Part shown: positions 23,143 through 34,955 of the stretch, one piece after another
Numbering within the stretch: the first letter of the stretch is position 1
How the letters are laid out: every line of letters starts with the position of its first letter
Assembly: GCA_963782915.1 (NCBI GenBank)
Contig: CAWALK010000011.1
Span: forward strand, 96,001-160,000
DNA: 64,000 nucleotides
Direction: 5' to 3'
DNA from: an uncultured archaeon
GTDB lineage: Archaea; Thermoproteota; Bathyarchaeia; Bathyarchaeales; Bathycorpusculaceae
Translations under genes and position numbers: made by a program
Notes under the pieces: model-generated
What the model was told of the DNA's origin: nothing
The model's database searches: none
The model's input: the letters and a program-made list of their open reading frames with translations, nothing else

Positions 23143-23359
23143 GTTACCCTTTCCTTAGTTTTAATCTCTAAGGGCGCTCTTATGATTCATAAACAAATGT
23201 GACTGTGCATGAACAATAACAGAGCACTCACTTGATCATATGTCACAACAGAACATAGACAGATTCTATCTTTGTGCGTTTTCGCTTTTGCGGTTGTCTG
23301 GCTACAGTCACATACGCTTAAGAACAGTCTACCGCTCTCTAACTATTCAGGTGAAAATA

Positions 23360-23542
23360 ATGAGCAACAAAGAACCCCATAAACCTCACACATTAGGTGC
23401 ACCGTCATCTCAAGAAGTTCCCATAGGTGGAGTTAAACCCAATCAAGTTCCTTGCCCAGACTGCGGCAAAACTTTCAAGACTAACTCGGAAATGGAGAGG
23501 CATCGAGAAACAACGCATCATGAATTAAAAGGTCACGAGTAA
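23360..23542 (+). CDS. Small C2H2 zinc-finger protein
   Basis: CPDCGKTFKTNSEMERHRETTH; aggtga before ATG 23360. Confidence 0.75.
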   Translation: MSNKEPHKPHTLGAPSSQEVPIGGVKPNQVPCPDCGKTFKTNSEMERHRETTHHELKGHE

Positions 23543-23680
23543 AAACCCTGTGCTGGTTGCTTCCAACATGGCCCTTAACGGATCCTAATTTTTTCGGACG
23601 TTTTTTGTGTTTTTTGCATTTTGGCTATTTGGTAAATTGTTTAATAGGTAAGTTGATTGTCTTCTTATGGGTAACAGTCT

Positions 23681-24538
23681 ATGTCTAAAATAGTGATAAC
23701 AAAGGGAACCCTACTTCTTGTGATATTGGTGTCAGCCTTAATTTCAGGAGTCACCGCTGCAAGTATTTCAACCCTAGTTAAAAATTCCCAAAGCTTGCAG
23801 TCGACAACCGGTGCAACAGGTGTCAATGGCACAACAGGTTTAACAGGATCAAGAGGAGAAATAGGCGCAACCGGCCCAACTGGACCTATTGGACCAACGG
23901 GAGCAACTGGTCCCACAGGCGTAAAAGGAGATACAGGCGCTACAGGAACTAACGGTGCAACTTGGCTCACTGGAACAGGCGCACCGCCACCAAGCTTAGG
24001 CACAAATAACGACTTTTATTTCGATACTGCAAGCAGTGATGTATACAACAAGGCTTCCGATGTCTGGGTAAAAGTGTCAAACTTGAGAGGTGCAACCGGT
24101 CTAACAGGAGTTAAAGGTGATACGGGACAGCAAGGTCGACCAGGAGCGACAGTGACTAATTACACAAACATAGGATATGTTGGTATGCTAAGTTATGCTG
24201 GCAGTAACATTGGTAATGTTGCTATAACGGCACCCGTAAACGGTAGCATTCACATAACGTTAACCGGCTATGTTCAGATGTTTAAGAATAATTCTTGCTT
24301 ATTCGGTATTGGTTCAAACCTTGGGCTCACTGATTTAGATGTAACGTATGCTGGAATATCTACCGCAGGTTCAACATCTGAGCAGACGATGTATAGCCTC
24401 ATGTCACAAGCTGTTGTTCCGGTTACAGAGGGTAATACGTATGTGTTTTATGCGTCTGGATATAAGTGGGATTTTGATGACAGTGCGGCCATGACTCTTA
24501 ATAGCGTAAAATTAACAGCCGTGTTTTCAGAACGATAA
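23681..24538 (+). CDS. Membrane-anchored collagen-like protein
   Basis: N-terminal TM, (G-x-T)n repeats, [16 protein letters not shown] motif, C-terminal beta domain. Confidence 0.85.
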   Translation: MSKIVITKGTLLLVILVSALISGVTAASISTLVKNSQSLQSTTGATGVNGTTGLTGSRGEIGATGPTGPIGPTGATGPTGVKGDTGATGTNGATWLTGTGAPPPSLGTNNDFYFDTASSDVYNKASDVWVKVSNLRGATGLTGVKGDTGQQGRPGATVTNYTNIGYVGMLSYAGSNIGNVAITAPVNGSIHITLTGYVQMFKNNSCLFGIGSNLGLTDLDVTYAGISTAGSTSEQTMYSLMSQAVVPVTEGNTYVFYASGYKWDFDDSAAMTLNSVKLTAVFSER

Positions 24539-24656
24539 TTCAATTCCTATTGTCGAACCCCTTTTTGGGGGATAGTTGAAAATACTCAAAGTCTCCCTTT
24601 ATTATTATGAAAGTTCGCAAAAGCTTTGCTATTAATCAGCAGACTCTTCAAGAGAG

Positions 24657-25587
24657 TTACTACTCAACTGCCTTCTCCTAATAACCGCCGCTATACCTAA
24701 TGTGGTACTCATAATAACGGCTGCTACTATTCCTCCTAGTATACAAATCGTTTTGTGTAATTGTGTTAGTGAAAACTGTTGTTGCCTTAGGTTTTTCTGT
24801 AGAGTTAGGTGTTGATGAGGGCGTTGGTTTTGTTGTGGGATCGATTGTTGGCTGGTTGCTTGGTTTAGGTGTAGGGTTGGCTTGTTGTGGTGTCGAGGTT
24901 GGGTTGAGTGTTGATGGTTGGGTTGGTTGTGCAGTTGGCTGAGTTGGGTGTTGGGTCGGGGTTGGGGGATGGAGTAGTTGTGGGCGTCTAGAGTATCAGT
25001 GAGAGGATGGTTATAGGTGTCGGCGTTGGTGGTAATGCCACGGTATTAATCATAATACTGTGGTTGTCTGTAACATTTGTGAAAGTATAGTTATCCATAA
25101 TTGACACGGGATATCCATCCACAGCAATTTGGCTTATCACATAGCCTGTATTGGCAGAAAAGTTGAAGGTTGTTGAGCTGCCGTAAGCAACCTGTAGGGC
25201 GCCTGATGGATTAATTGTCGAGTGACTATCACAAGAAGATGTGATTGTGTAATTGATGATGCTTGCTTTAACGTCGATAGTGTGATTTGATATGATGTTT
25301 GTGAAAATATAGTTTCCAGTTATTGCTACTGGTTTGCTGTCTACTGATACGCTCGTCATAACGTACCCTGTATTAGCGGAGTATCGGTAAGTTTGAGTGC
25401 TCCCATAATTAACGACGGCTAAACCTATGGGGTCTATTTTTGAGTGGGTATCAGCTGAAGCGGTGATCATGTAAGTATCCGCTGCTTGGACTGCTTGAGT
25501 TTGTGCGATTGATAGCGCGGTTATCGTTAAAAGTAGTATTAAAATAAAATCAATTTGGGAGCGTTTTTTTATTATCATCTTTTCCAT
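24657..25587 (-). CDS. Secreted surface protein with two InlB-like repeat domains, P/T-rich linker and C-terminal TM (frameshifted)
   Basis: Signal peptide; two repeats YxITAS...I.PsG...V.YGS..T....ANTGYV....VD; P/T/Q linker and hydrophobic tail continue to ~24657. Confidence 0.7.
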
Positions 25588-25863
25588 CTTAAAGGCCAGT
25601 TGTTTTCCGAATTAGCGAAAATTTGGGTGTGCTTGCGTTATCTCGGTTTGGATCATATTAAAATGGTTGTGGATACAGGGGTGAGTCAACATACTTTTTA
25701 ATAGTCACCGATTCAGGCTCCATATTAGCCGTCGGTTGTTAGTTTCGAGAGTTATTTTTGATTTTTGGTTTGTTTGTTGGGTGGGTTGTGTTGGTTGTTG
25801 TTTTTTGGTAAAGACATTTAAAAAGGTTAAGAAGCTATGAAAAAGAGTAGTGAAGGGCTGTTT

Positions 25864-27204
25864 TTATCCTAGGCCTATGGCGGCGAACCTCAATTTATCC
25901 GTGAAGTCTTTTGGGTTGTAGATTCTTCTGCCGTCTATGAGGATGGGTTGCTTCATGAGTGAGAGGAAATCTTGTGGTGTGAGGGTTTTGAATTCGGGCC
26001 ACTCTGTTACGATTATGGCGCAGTCGGCGTCTTTGAGGCATTCCTTGGCTGAAGCAGCGTAGTGTATTGTGTCTTTGAAGATGCTTTTGCTGTGGCGGTG
26101 GCGACGGGGTCATATGCTGTTATGTTTGCGCCTTGCGCCTGCAGCGCCTTTACTATCGGGACCACTCGGGCTTCGCGCATATCATCAGTATCGGGCTTAA
26201 ACGCTAAACCGAGAAGCGCTATTTTTTTATTTTTAAGCGACCCGAGCATCTGCACAGCAAAAGCCACGGCTTTGAGCGGTTGATTCCAGTTAACATGCTC
26301 CACCGAATCCAACAATTCAGGCACATAACCCGATGCCCTACTGCATGCGATGAGGGCTTTGACGTCTTTGGGGAAGCAGCTGCCGCCATAGCCAAGTCCG
26401 GCGTCGAGGAAGAGTGGTCCGATGCGTTTATCCAACCCCATGGCTAAGGCGACGTCTTTGACGTCGGCGCCGGGGATTTTTTCGCATATGTTTGCGATGG
26501 TGTTTATGAAGCTGATTTTGGTTGCGAGCATTGCGTTGCTTGCGTATTTGATGAGTTCCGCCGTGGAGAGGCCTGTGCGGATAATCGGGGGTATGTGGCC
26601 GCTGTAGAAGTCTCGGTAAAGCATTTCCAATTTGTCGCCTGCTTGTTGGTCGTAGGAGCCTATGACTACGCGGTCCGCGTTTAGGGTGTCTTGGAATGCG
26701 GAGCCTTGGCGGAGGAATTCGGGGTTCATGCACAACCCGAAAGTCTACTCCGCAGATTTTGCCGGATTCCCGCTCAAGCAGGGGCTTAACAACATCGAGA
26801 GTGGTTCCGGGCACAACAGTGCTCTTGATAATGGTGACGTGGTAGCTGTTTTTGTGTTTAAGCGCTCTTCCGATGTTAACGGCTGCGGATTGGATGTATT
26901 TGAGGTCGATGCTGCCGTCGTCTTTGCTGGGGGTTCCAACAGCCACATAAGTAAAATCGGATTCAGCAACCGCCCGGTCCGTATCGTTAACGTAACCCAC
27001 AAGATTGCCCTTCTGGATGCTCTCGGTAAGTTTTTCTTGCAGCCCCGGCTCAAAAAACGGTGGAATGCCCTGGTTTATTTTTGAGATTTTTTCTGCATCA
27101 ATATCGCAGGCGACTACGCTGTAGCCTTTGCTTGCTAAACCCACTGCGGTGCATAAACCGACGTATCCAACGCCGATGATCGAAATTTTTGGCTGTTCAT
27201 TCAA
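25864..27204 (-). CDS. ugd: UDP-glucose/GDP-mannose dehydrogenase (two frameshifts)
   Basis: IIGVGYVGL, AVGTP, KSTVVPGTT, NPEFLRQG, AELIKYASNA, GYGGSCFPKD, LAFKPDTDDMRE. Confidence 0.92.
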
Positions 27205-27299
27205 ATCGTAGACCCCAAGCTGACGTCTAATTCGAATTTAGTAATCATATTAAATATATATTGGTTAACATTAACGAAGAACAGATAAGAGGGCGCTTA

Positions 27300-28169
27300 A
27301 TGGTTCGCAAGGTCATCATCCCAGCAGCAGGTTTAGGCACACGCCTATTCCCAGCAACAAAAGAACAACCAAAAGAGATGCTGCCAATCTTTTCCAAAAC
27401 CATCCACGGCGACATGATGGTAAAGCCTGTGGTGCAGCTTGTTTTTGAGCAGTTACATGACGCGGGCTTGCGAGAGTTCTGCTACGTCGTAGGCAGAGGC
27501 AAACGTGGCATTGAAGACCATTTTACCCCTGACGCGGAATGCATACGAATGCTCGAAGCAATGGGCAAAAATGGTCAAGCGTCCGATTTAGAGAGTTTCT
27601 ACAAGAAACTTGAAACTTCTACGATTATGTGGGTTAATCAGCCTGAACCAAAAGGCTTTGGCAATGCTGTATTGATGGCACAACCGTTTGTGCAAAACGA
27701 AAGCTGCTTAGTCCATGCAGGAGACAGCAGCATAATATCCAAAAACATGGACTACGCCAAGAGGCTGCTTGAGTGTTTTGAGAGGTTAAACGCGGATGCA
27801 GCGTTTCTCGCCTTAGAAATAGACAATCCCAAGCAATATGGCATTGTTGAAGGGGAAGAAGTTGAACCTGGAATAATCAGGGTACAAAAAGTCGTTGAAA
27901 AACCAGATCAACCAAAAACCCACATAGCAATAATGGCCATGTATGCGTTTCACCCGGTAATCTTCAAAGCCTTAGAGGCCACAAAACCCGGCAAAAACGG
28001 CGAAATCCAACTAACGGATGCCATTCAGAAGCTTGTCGATTGGGGATTGAAAGTTTATGCCATCAAACTTGATAAGAACTATGAACATTTAGATATTGGC
28101 AGTCCTGAAAGGTACTGGCAAGCCTTAGAACTGTCATATAAACAATTCTGCAAGAGCCCACAACAATGA
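27300..28169 (+). CDS. galU: UTP-glucose-1-phosphate uridylyltransferase
   Basis: IPAAGLGTRLFPATKEQPKEMLP, QPEPKGFGNAV, GEIQLTDAI. Confidence 0.9.
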   Translation: MVRKVIIPAAGLGTRLFPATKEQPKEMLPIFSKTIHGDMMVKPVVQLVFEQLHDAGLREFCYVVGRGKRGIEDHFTPDAECIRMLEAMGKNGQASDLESFYKKLETSTIMWVNQPEPKGFGNAVLMAQPFVQNESCLVHAGDSSIISKNMDYAKRLLECFERLNADAAFLALEIDNPKQYGIVEGEEVEPGIIRVQKVVEKPDQPKTHIAIMAMYAFHPVIFKALEATKPGKNGEIQLTDAIQKLVDWGLKVYAIKLDKNYEHLDIGSPERYWQALELSYKQFCKSPQQ

Positions 28170-28211
28170 TAGATAATATAATCCGTGAAGACCTTGAAAA
28201 GATAAAGAGCG

Positions 28212-29183
28212 TTGTCCCGGCAGATTATTTATGCTGGAAAAAAAGCTTTAGTTACCGGGGGCGCCGGTTTTATTGGCAGTTGGCTTTGCGACGTACTAAT
28301 TGGCTTTGGCGCAAACGTAACAGTCGTTGACAATTTCTCTACGGGTCGAATGAAGAACATAGAGCACCTTGTGGGCAACAAGCAATTCCAAATAGTCAAC
28401 GCAGATGTGTGCGATTACAATAGCGACGCAAAATTTGACGTTATTTTTCATATGGCGGCACATGCTTCGCCTGACGAGTACATGGCCCATCCTATAGATA
28501 CCTTAATGACTAGTGCATTGGGTACACAGAAACTTGCGGAGTTAGCTAGGAAAAACGATGCTACACTGTTGTTTGCGTCTACTTCTGAAACCTATGGTGA
28601 CGCAGAGGTGATACCTACGCCTGAGAGTTACTGGGGAAAAGTCAACCCCATAGGCCCCGCTCATGCTATGACGAGGGTAAACGGTTTGCTGAAGCATTAC
28701 TCATGGCATACAATAAGCAGTACGGATTAGATGTTAGGGTTCCGAGAATTTTCAATTCATACGGTCCACGATTAAGAGAAGACGGATTATACGGCAGGGC
28801 ATTATCCCGCTTCGTTCTGCAGGCGTTGACTAATCAGCCTATAACCGTGTATGGGGATGGAAAACAAACCCGTTCATTCTGCTACATAACCGACACTGTA
28901 ACGGGATTGATGCTTTTAGCGGCGAATGCTAAGGCGAACGGGGAAGTAGTAAACATTGGCAATACCCAAGAAACCACGATATTGGAATTGGCGCAGAAAA
29001 TCAAGGAAACAACAAAGTGCCAATCGAACATAGAATTTTAGCCCGTTGCCTAAGGACGACCCAAAGAGGCGCCGCCCAGACACAACTAAGCTTGAAGGGA
29101 TAGTTGGCTGGAAACCCAGCGTCAGTCTCGAGGAAGGGCTCAAGAGAACTATTGAGTGGTTCTCCAACAAAGCCCCTACTTGA
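28212..29183 (+). CDS. UDP-glucuronate decarboxylase-like SDR (frameshift ~28660, in-frame TAG at 29039)
   Basis: VTGGAGFIGSWL, ASTSETYGD, YWGKVNPIG, RIFNSYGPR, GDGKQTRSFCY, DDPKRRRPD. Confidence 0.88.
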
Positions 29184-29221
29184 ATATAACTTTAAATCAA
29201 AATTAACCTTTACACCTAAAG

Positions 29222-30680
29222 GTGACGCTTAGCCCAAAAATAAGAAAAAATCAAAAAGAGGCTTCCAAACATGGAAGTGGCAAACATTTTAGCAAAAAAG
29301 GCAAAGCTCTAATTGGAATCACACTTATTGCGGTTGTTTTGGTTTCCTGTTTCGTATTCTATCTAACGGCGAATACAACTTTGCCGCCAACAAATAATGG
29401 TCCGACTGCTTCAGCAAGTTGCACTCCTGGAGCAACAACAAACAGTAGCCCTACTGCTACGCTAAACAATTCCACTCCCAGACCGTCTACACCTCCCCAA
29501 CCCATTCCGACTCCAATCAATCCTCTTGATGAAAGTTACAAAGTCGTAAAAAATAACAACCTCACCAAAGAAACCTGGAAAAGAATAGGCGATTACGCTT
29601 GGGCCTATTTCCAACCTGGATCAGGAGTTGATCCAAATACAGGACTACCAGGATCAAGCCCAGGGTACCCCTACTTTACGGATTGGGACTTAGGAGTATA
29701 TGTCCAAGCTGTCCTTGATGCACAGGCAATAGATTTGATTGGTACAGGTGGTACATGGGGAGCTAACGACCGCCTGGAAAAAGTAGTAACTTTCCTTGAG
29801 AACCGCGAACTCAATGCAACCACCCACTACCCATTCTGGTTCTATAGAGGTGACGGCACCAACTACAAAGATGAGTCCGACAAAGCCACAACCATAGTCA
29901 ATACAGCTGATACTGGTCGATTATTGGTCGCACTTAACAATACCAGAACCTACGGAGCGAAAAATGACCCTACATTAGTAACCCGTATCAACACTGTAAT
30001 TTACAATGTAAACGGTAACAGATCCGACTATGCGGCTTTAGTGCCGGGCATAAAAATGGAGAGCACCTACTCAACCAACATCTATACTTACTACTTAGCC
30101 GCCGGTTTTGCAGGTTTTTGGCCCAAAGAACTCGCCGATGCTCAAACTTCAATTTTAAATAACATTATGAACTCTGGCACTGTAACCACTCCGGAAAATG
30201 AAACCTTACCAAAGAGCAGACTTACGGGCGACCCATTATTCGGCGCCATATTTGACCTCAATAACAATCCACCACAATTAACAACAATAGCAAAACAAAT
30301 GTATCTCGCCCATGAAGCCTATACCAAAAGTACAGGTGATGTATCGAGCGTTTAGTGAAGGACCAACCGGGTCAACCTATTGGGCTTATGAATGGGTAGT
30401 ATACGATGACAAAACCTGGGTTGTGCGAACAGCATACGGAGACTACAATATAACGCCCATAATTTACACAAAGATAGCATTCAGTTTCTTGGCTGTTTAT
30501 AATACAACCTATGCCAGAAACATGGTAATATTCCTTGAAGATAACCTCGAAAAACCGGACAGGGGATACTACAACGGCATCAACGAAGCCGGAACACCAC
30601 TTGCAGATTCAGGCATACATACTGATGGCTTAATTTTAGGCGCCTGCAAATACGCTATTCAGCATTACCCCAACCCCTAA
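29222..30680 (+). CDS. Membrane-anchored DUF3131-like (alpha/alpha-barrel glycoside hydrolase-like) protein (frameshift ~30340)
   Basis: AWAYFQ...TGLP...FTDWDLGVY...ADTGRLLVAL; N-terminal TM and P/T linker. Confidence 0.7.
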
Positions 30681-31226
30681 TTTTTCGGAGCTCAAATATT
30701 TTGCTGGTACTAATCCAGACAAGATACTCGTTTCGGCAAAAGTTATGCTTGCCGAAGAAAAAATGGATAAACCCATTTGGCGACAGAACCAATGGATTAA
30801 AAATATTGAAAGCAGTAAGTATTTGCAATTGATGTTTACCCAAGCAATCAAGTGCATTTGTAATTACCTTCAAGTTGTTATGCCCTCTAAAGCGACTCCT
30901 TTTTCCTTCCCAATTTTGCAAGTTAGCTAAGAGTACATTAATGAATTGTAGCTAACATGTACCCACATAGTTTTTTATTATTAGTAAAGTCAACAGTGGG
31001 TAGAGCAGTAGCTGATTTGAACCCCTGCCCCTTGCAAGACGCCGATAGCGCCGCCGTATTTTTGGGTAAATCAAACCCTTGCGTGTTCAAGAATTAATTG
31101 CATAAACCTTGATTTGCGTTTTAACATTCAAGGTGACTTTTGTTAATGTAGACGGCGTCCTGTAAAATCGGTTTCTTGTGAGGCAAGCAGCTTCAATCGC
31201 TATTATTTTTTTAAGAGGTTGCTTGC

Positions 31227-32738
31227 GTGAAGAAAAAGGAATCTATTGAAAAAGCCATCGTCGTAGTGCTAATTGCTAGTTTGATTGCAGGCATAGGGTT
31301 CAATGTTCGAGTCGCCGTGGCAGATACGGGTAATTCATCGGATTTCTGGTTAAATCTCGGGAGGGATGCTTGGAATTATTTTCAGCCGGGAGTCGGTGTA
31401 GACGCGGTCACGGGTTTGGCAAAAAATAATGCAGGTTCCAATGAGTTTACTGATTGGGATTTGGCACTCTACATTCAAGCTATCCTTGATGCTGAAAAAC
31501 TGGGCATTTTGGGCAATTCAGGCATTTGGGGCTCGAATGATAGGTTGGATAAGGTTTTGGCGTTTCTTGAGAATCGGCCGCTGATGTGGGATGGATTACC
31601 CTACCTGATGTACTATTCCACTACAGGCAAGAATTCCACTGATATTCAGCAGGTGGCAACGGATGCGGGGTGCTTGTTTGTTTCGCTTAAAAACGTTGAA
31701 GCTGCCAAGCCCGAGTTGAAGCAACGCATCGACAACATAGTGTATAACATAACGAATTATGAGCGGCGTAGGGTATCGGTCGATATTTTACTTGGGCAAC
31801 TGGAGAAGGGGACACGTGAACCTAATGTTTACGATTACTATGTTACATGCGGCTTTGCTGGTTTTTGGCCAGAGCGATTCGCCAAGGAAGCGGACGCCAT
31901 CTTGAACCTAACTGTTTCCGGGTCGAAGGTGAATTGTTATGGGGTTAATTTGCCGGCGGCTAAAATTACGTCTGAGCCATTACTTATGGGCATTTTTAAT
32001 TTTGCCCAGCCCGATGTGCGACTAATTAGAGTTATCGAAGCAGGCGTATTTGGCGCAGGAAGCACGGTTTAACATGACTGGCAAGTATACCGCGTTTAGT
32101 GAAGGCGGCTACGGATAGCGGCGTTTTTGCTTATGAATGGATCGTCATCTAATGATGGGCGAATGTGGGTTGTGCAGACTGGAGACAGCAACGATGTGGA
32201 CACAGATGTTTCGATAACGCCGATTGTTTACTTGAAGGCAGCTGCCGGTTTTTTGGCAGTTTATAACACGTCATACGCTCTGGATATGGTGGAGTTTTTG
32301 CTCAAACAAGTCCCCTGCTCGGGCGGGTTTGGTTTGGGCGTTGATGAGAACGGGCGAGTGATCCAAATGGCGGCGGATGTAAGCAACGGCTTAATCGTTT
32401 CTGCCGCTAGATATGCTGTTTCGAACAATGTAACCGTGCCCATAACTTATCCAGCGGCTAGCGTGTCCGTTCCAACCAACAATGAAAACGCTGCTGTTAC
32501 GGTTAAGGGAGACCAACCATTGAAGAGTAACCCTTCTAGTACGCCAGCTCCGACTTCAACTGCTAATCCGTCGCCTACGCCGTCTCCGTCGGTTATGCCT
32601 GATAGTAGCCAAGGCACAGTCTCCAAAGTAGCAGTCGGTGAAAACGGGTTCTATATAGTTTCTGCCGTGGCGGTTGCTGGGTTGTTAGTTGTGTTGGGTT
32701 ATAGGTTTGCTAAGAAGCCGTTGGTTGTTGGGGTATAG
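31227..32738 (+). CDS. Second DUF3131-like secreted protein with C-terminal TM (frameshifts ~32030-32150)
   Basis: Paralog of 29222: AWNYFQPGVGVD..TGL...FTDWDLALYIQAILDA...NDRLDKVLAFLENR. Confidence 0.7.
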
Positions 32739-32744
32739 TCTTTG

Positions 32745-32805
32745 GTATTTGGGTTGTGGGTTGCCACAAGTATGTTGATTTGGTTGGTTGTAATTGTGGG
32801 GTAGG
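32745..32805 (+). repeat. Dispersed G/T-rich repeat, partial copy C
   Basis: gtatttgggttgtggg-ttgccacaagtatgttgatttggttg matches copies A and B. Confidence 0.7.
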
Positions 32806-32890
32806 TTACCCTTTGGCAATTTAGCTGAATTTTAAATTTCAAGTGTTCTTGGGATTGGTGGCAAGGGAAAAATGTTTTACCACTCTGGAG

Positions 32891-33295
32891 TTAGAACCAT
32901 CGAGTTTTCGTTTCTTTAATCTGTTTTATGTGGTTATCATCAGTCAAAACGCAATCTGAATTGGTTATTATCGCAGTTGCCGCAATAATAGCATCAGCTG
33001 TTGGAAGTTCGCCGTATTTACAACGTAACTTGGCAGCTTCAATAGCTATCGATGAATCAAGATTTATTACCTGTAAATTTGATTTTAGAACGGAGTTTAC
33101 TCTGGTTTCAGCGACATCTTTACCGAGGTCTTCGAGTTGAATCTTGTATAGCTCGAGAATCACTATGGACGGAACCATCCCTAGATTCGCTTTTTGTTCC
33201 AGAGCATCCAAGGTTACCCTTGCCCATTTCTTGAACTGCACATCTTTACTAGATAAACTGGCAATAAAGAAACGAGTATCCAAAACAGCTTTCAT
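32891..33295 (-). CDS. vapC: PIN-domain VapC toxin
   Basis: VLDTRFF, ILELY, LPTADAIIAATA, LTDDNH. Confidence 0.9.
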   Translation of the reverse strand: MKAVLDTRFFIASLSSKDVQFKKWARVTLDALEQKANLGMVPSIVILELYKIQLEDLGKDVAETRVNSVLKSNLQVINLDSSIAIEAAKLRCKYGELPTADAIIAATAIITNSDCVLTDDNHIKQIKETKTRWF

Positions 33296-33522
33296 TAGTA
33301 TCTGTCTTCTGAGCGCATTCTATCCAATTTTTTAATGGTTTCTTGTAAGTTTATTTTTTCTGAATCAACACCAATCAAGTCTTGGAAACGAGGGGTGACT
33401 TTAAGGCAAATGCCTGCTGATGAGTCTTCAAAAACTATTTTCATGCCTTCACGTATTCCATATTTCCGTCGAAGTTCGATTGGGACAGTCACTTGTCCTT
33501 TGCGTGTTACAAGAACTTCCAT
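33295..33522 (-). CDS. vapB: AbrB-family VapB antitoxin
   Basis: VTRKGQVTVPIELRRKYGIREG; overlaps the PIN start. Confidence 0.88.
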   Translation of the reverse strand: MEVLVTRKGQVTVPIELRRKYGIREGMKIVFEDSSAGICLKVTPRFQDLIGVDSEKINLQETIKKLDRMRSEDRY

Positions 33523-33667
33523 GGTTCAACTTTCAACTCCAGTACAACATGATCTGTGTAGTACAACTTGCTTATAAATGATTTTTCACCGACATAGCAA
33601 GAAAAGCAAAATTTCGTACTTGCCACACGTAAGCGTGGTTGTTGGGGGCTGCGAGGAAGAGGTTTTT

Positions 33668-33780
33668 TAGATCCATTCGGCTTCGACTTCGCTGATCTGT
33701 TTGAAATGGGGATCATCTGTATGCAGACTGCACTTAGCGCCGATGAGGTAGCAGCGATCATGCTGTCACCCATCGATAGG
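33668..33780 (-). pseudogene. C-terminal remnant of a PIN toxin
   Basis: LSMGDSMIAATS...DDPHFKQI...WI directly after an AbrB gene; N-terminal two-thirds missing. Confidence 0.65.
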
Positions 33781-34041
33781 TTATACTAAACGTTCATGCC
33801 TGAGATCATCAATTTCTTTTTTTACCTCTTCGACAGTACCAAACTGCGAGTAGGCGCCAATCATGTCCCATATTGACTTTTTAGGCTTCAACAACAAACC
33901 CTCCTCTGTTATCACTACCTCAAATCGTGTTCCTTCCTCTATCTTGAGCTTTTTGCGAATTCCTACAGGAATCGTAGTCTGACCTTTCTTTTTTATGACA
34001 ATCTCAGTTTCCATATTAAAGCCCCTCAGATAGGGATACAA
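33781..34041 (-). CDS. AbrB-family antitoxin
   Basis: IKKKGQTTIPVGIRKKLKIEEG; close paralog of 9589..9837. Confidence 0.85.
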   Translation of the reverse strand: MYPYLRGFNMETEIVIKKKGQTTIPVGIRKKLKIEEGTRFEVVITEEGLLLKPKKSIWDMIGAYSQFGTVEEVKKEIDDLRHERLV

Positions 34042-34543
34042 CTCTGCTTTCTATCAGCTGACCGATGGTTTCCTGTCGCTTTAGGATATCCTCGTCTAAT
34101 GTTACAAAGCGGTCTATTTTTTCTCCATAAATGCGGGCTGCAATTGCTGCGGACGCTAAATGAAGAGTGTCTAGCGTTTTAACTCCTGTCTTTGACCCTA
34201 TTTCTAGAGCCAACGAAAAAAGTGCTGGAATCTCCACATGACTTGTGCCAGCGTCAACTGAGACTTCGCCACCTATTGGAATGAATCTTAACTTTTCAAT
34301 CTTCAAGACTTTCTTAAGAAATGCTCCTGCAATGGCTTCTCGCCCCAAATTTTTTCCTTTGTGGCTGTACCTTTCATAAGCCCTGCTTGTGGTGCAAACA
34401 ACCTCAACTAAAGTTAACACAGAAGTAACCCCTGATAATTGTCCGTTTTCTATTTCGTCCAGTAGCTTTTTTGCCTCTTCATGGTAAGGTTCATCGGGTG
34501 CATATCTGGCAAGGATAATGTTGGTATCTAAATAAACTAACAT
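34016..34543 (-). CDS. vapC: PIN-domain VapC toxin
   Basis: VYLDTNII, TSVLTLVEV, KTLDTLHLASA, FVTLD. Confidence 0.9.
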   Translation of the reverse strand: MLVYLDTNIILARYAPDEPYHEEAKKLLDEIENGQLSGVTSVLTLVEVVCTTSRAYERYSHKGKNLGREAIAGAFLKKVLKIEKLRFIPIGGEVSVDAGTSHVEIPALFSLALEIGSKTGVKTLDTLHLASAAIAARIYGEKIDRFVTLDEDILKRQETIGQLIESRVVSLSEGL

Positions 34544-34815
34544 TACTCACGACCTTCAGCCACAAGTCTTGCTATACTTGCCCCTTTGAAGATCCTTGCG
34601 CCTATTTGCTCCAGCTCATCGTCAGTCAAATCGGGGGCGTTCCCAATCAAATCTTGAACTTTATCGCCTAAGAACAATTCAGGATGCTCTCTTAGGTAGG
34701 CTTCAGTAATTTTCCTTAGGGCTTCGCTTCTGCTCTTAAATAAACCCCTTGAGACTGCTTTGTCAACTTTCTTAACCACTATCTCGGGAAAACGAGACGT
34801 TATTATCTCTTCCAT
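34543..34815 (-). CDS. Ribbon-helix-helix antitoxin
   Basis: IITSRFPEIVVKKVDKAVSRGLFKSRSEALR. Confidence 0.82.
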   Translation of the reverse strand: MEEIITSRFPEIVVKKVDKAVSRGLFKSRSEALRKITEAYLREHPELFLGDKVQDLIGNAPDLTDDELEQIGARIFKGASIARLVAEGRE

Positions 34816-34955
34816 GCCTCTTAAACCTCAGTAGAAATGTATACATTTCAAATACATATAGATTATCAAAGAAAAGTAGGTGCATCGAGCAGAAATAAGT
34901 GATGTCTAACTCAGTACCGTTTGTATTTTTTCTGATTATTGGGCTGGCGATTTTT

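Noticed and set aside
23681-24538. Collagen-like gene as a tail fibre of the particle locus
   Set aside because: Has an N-terminal membrane anchor and lies 10 kb away among host surface genes
30995-31060. tRNA-like fragment on the minus strand (cttgcaag...ggggttcaaatc) as a tRNA or att site
   Set aside because: No acceptor stem or D-arm could be folded and no second copy was seen
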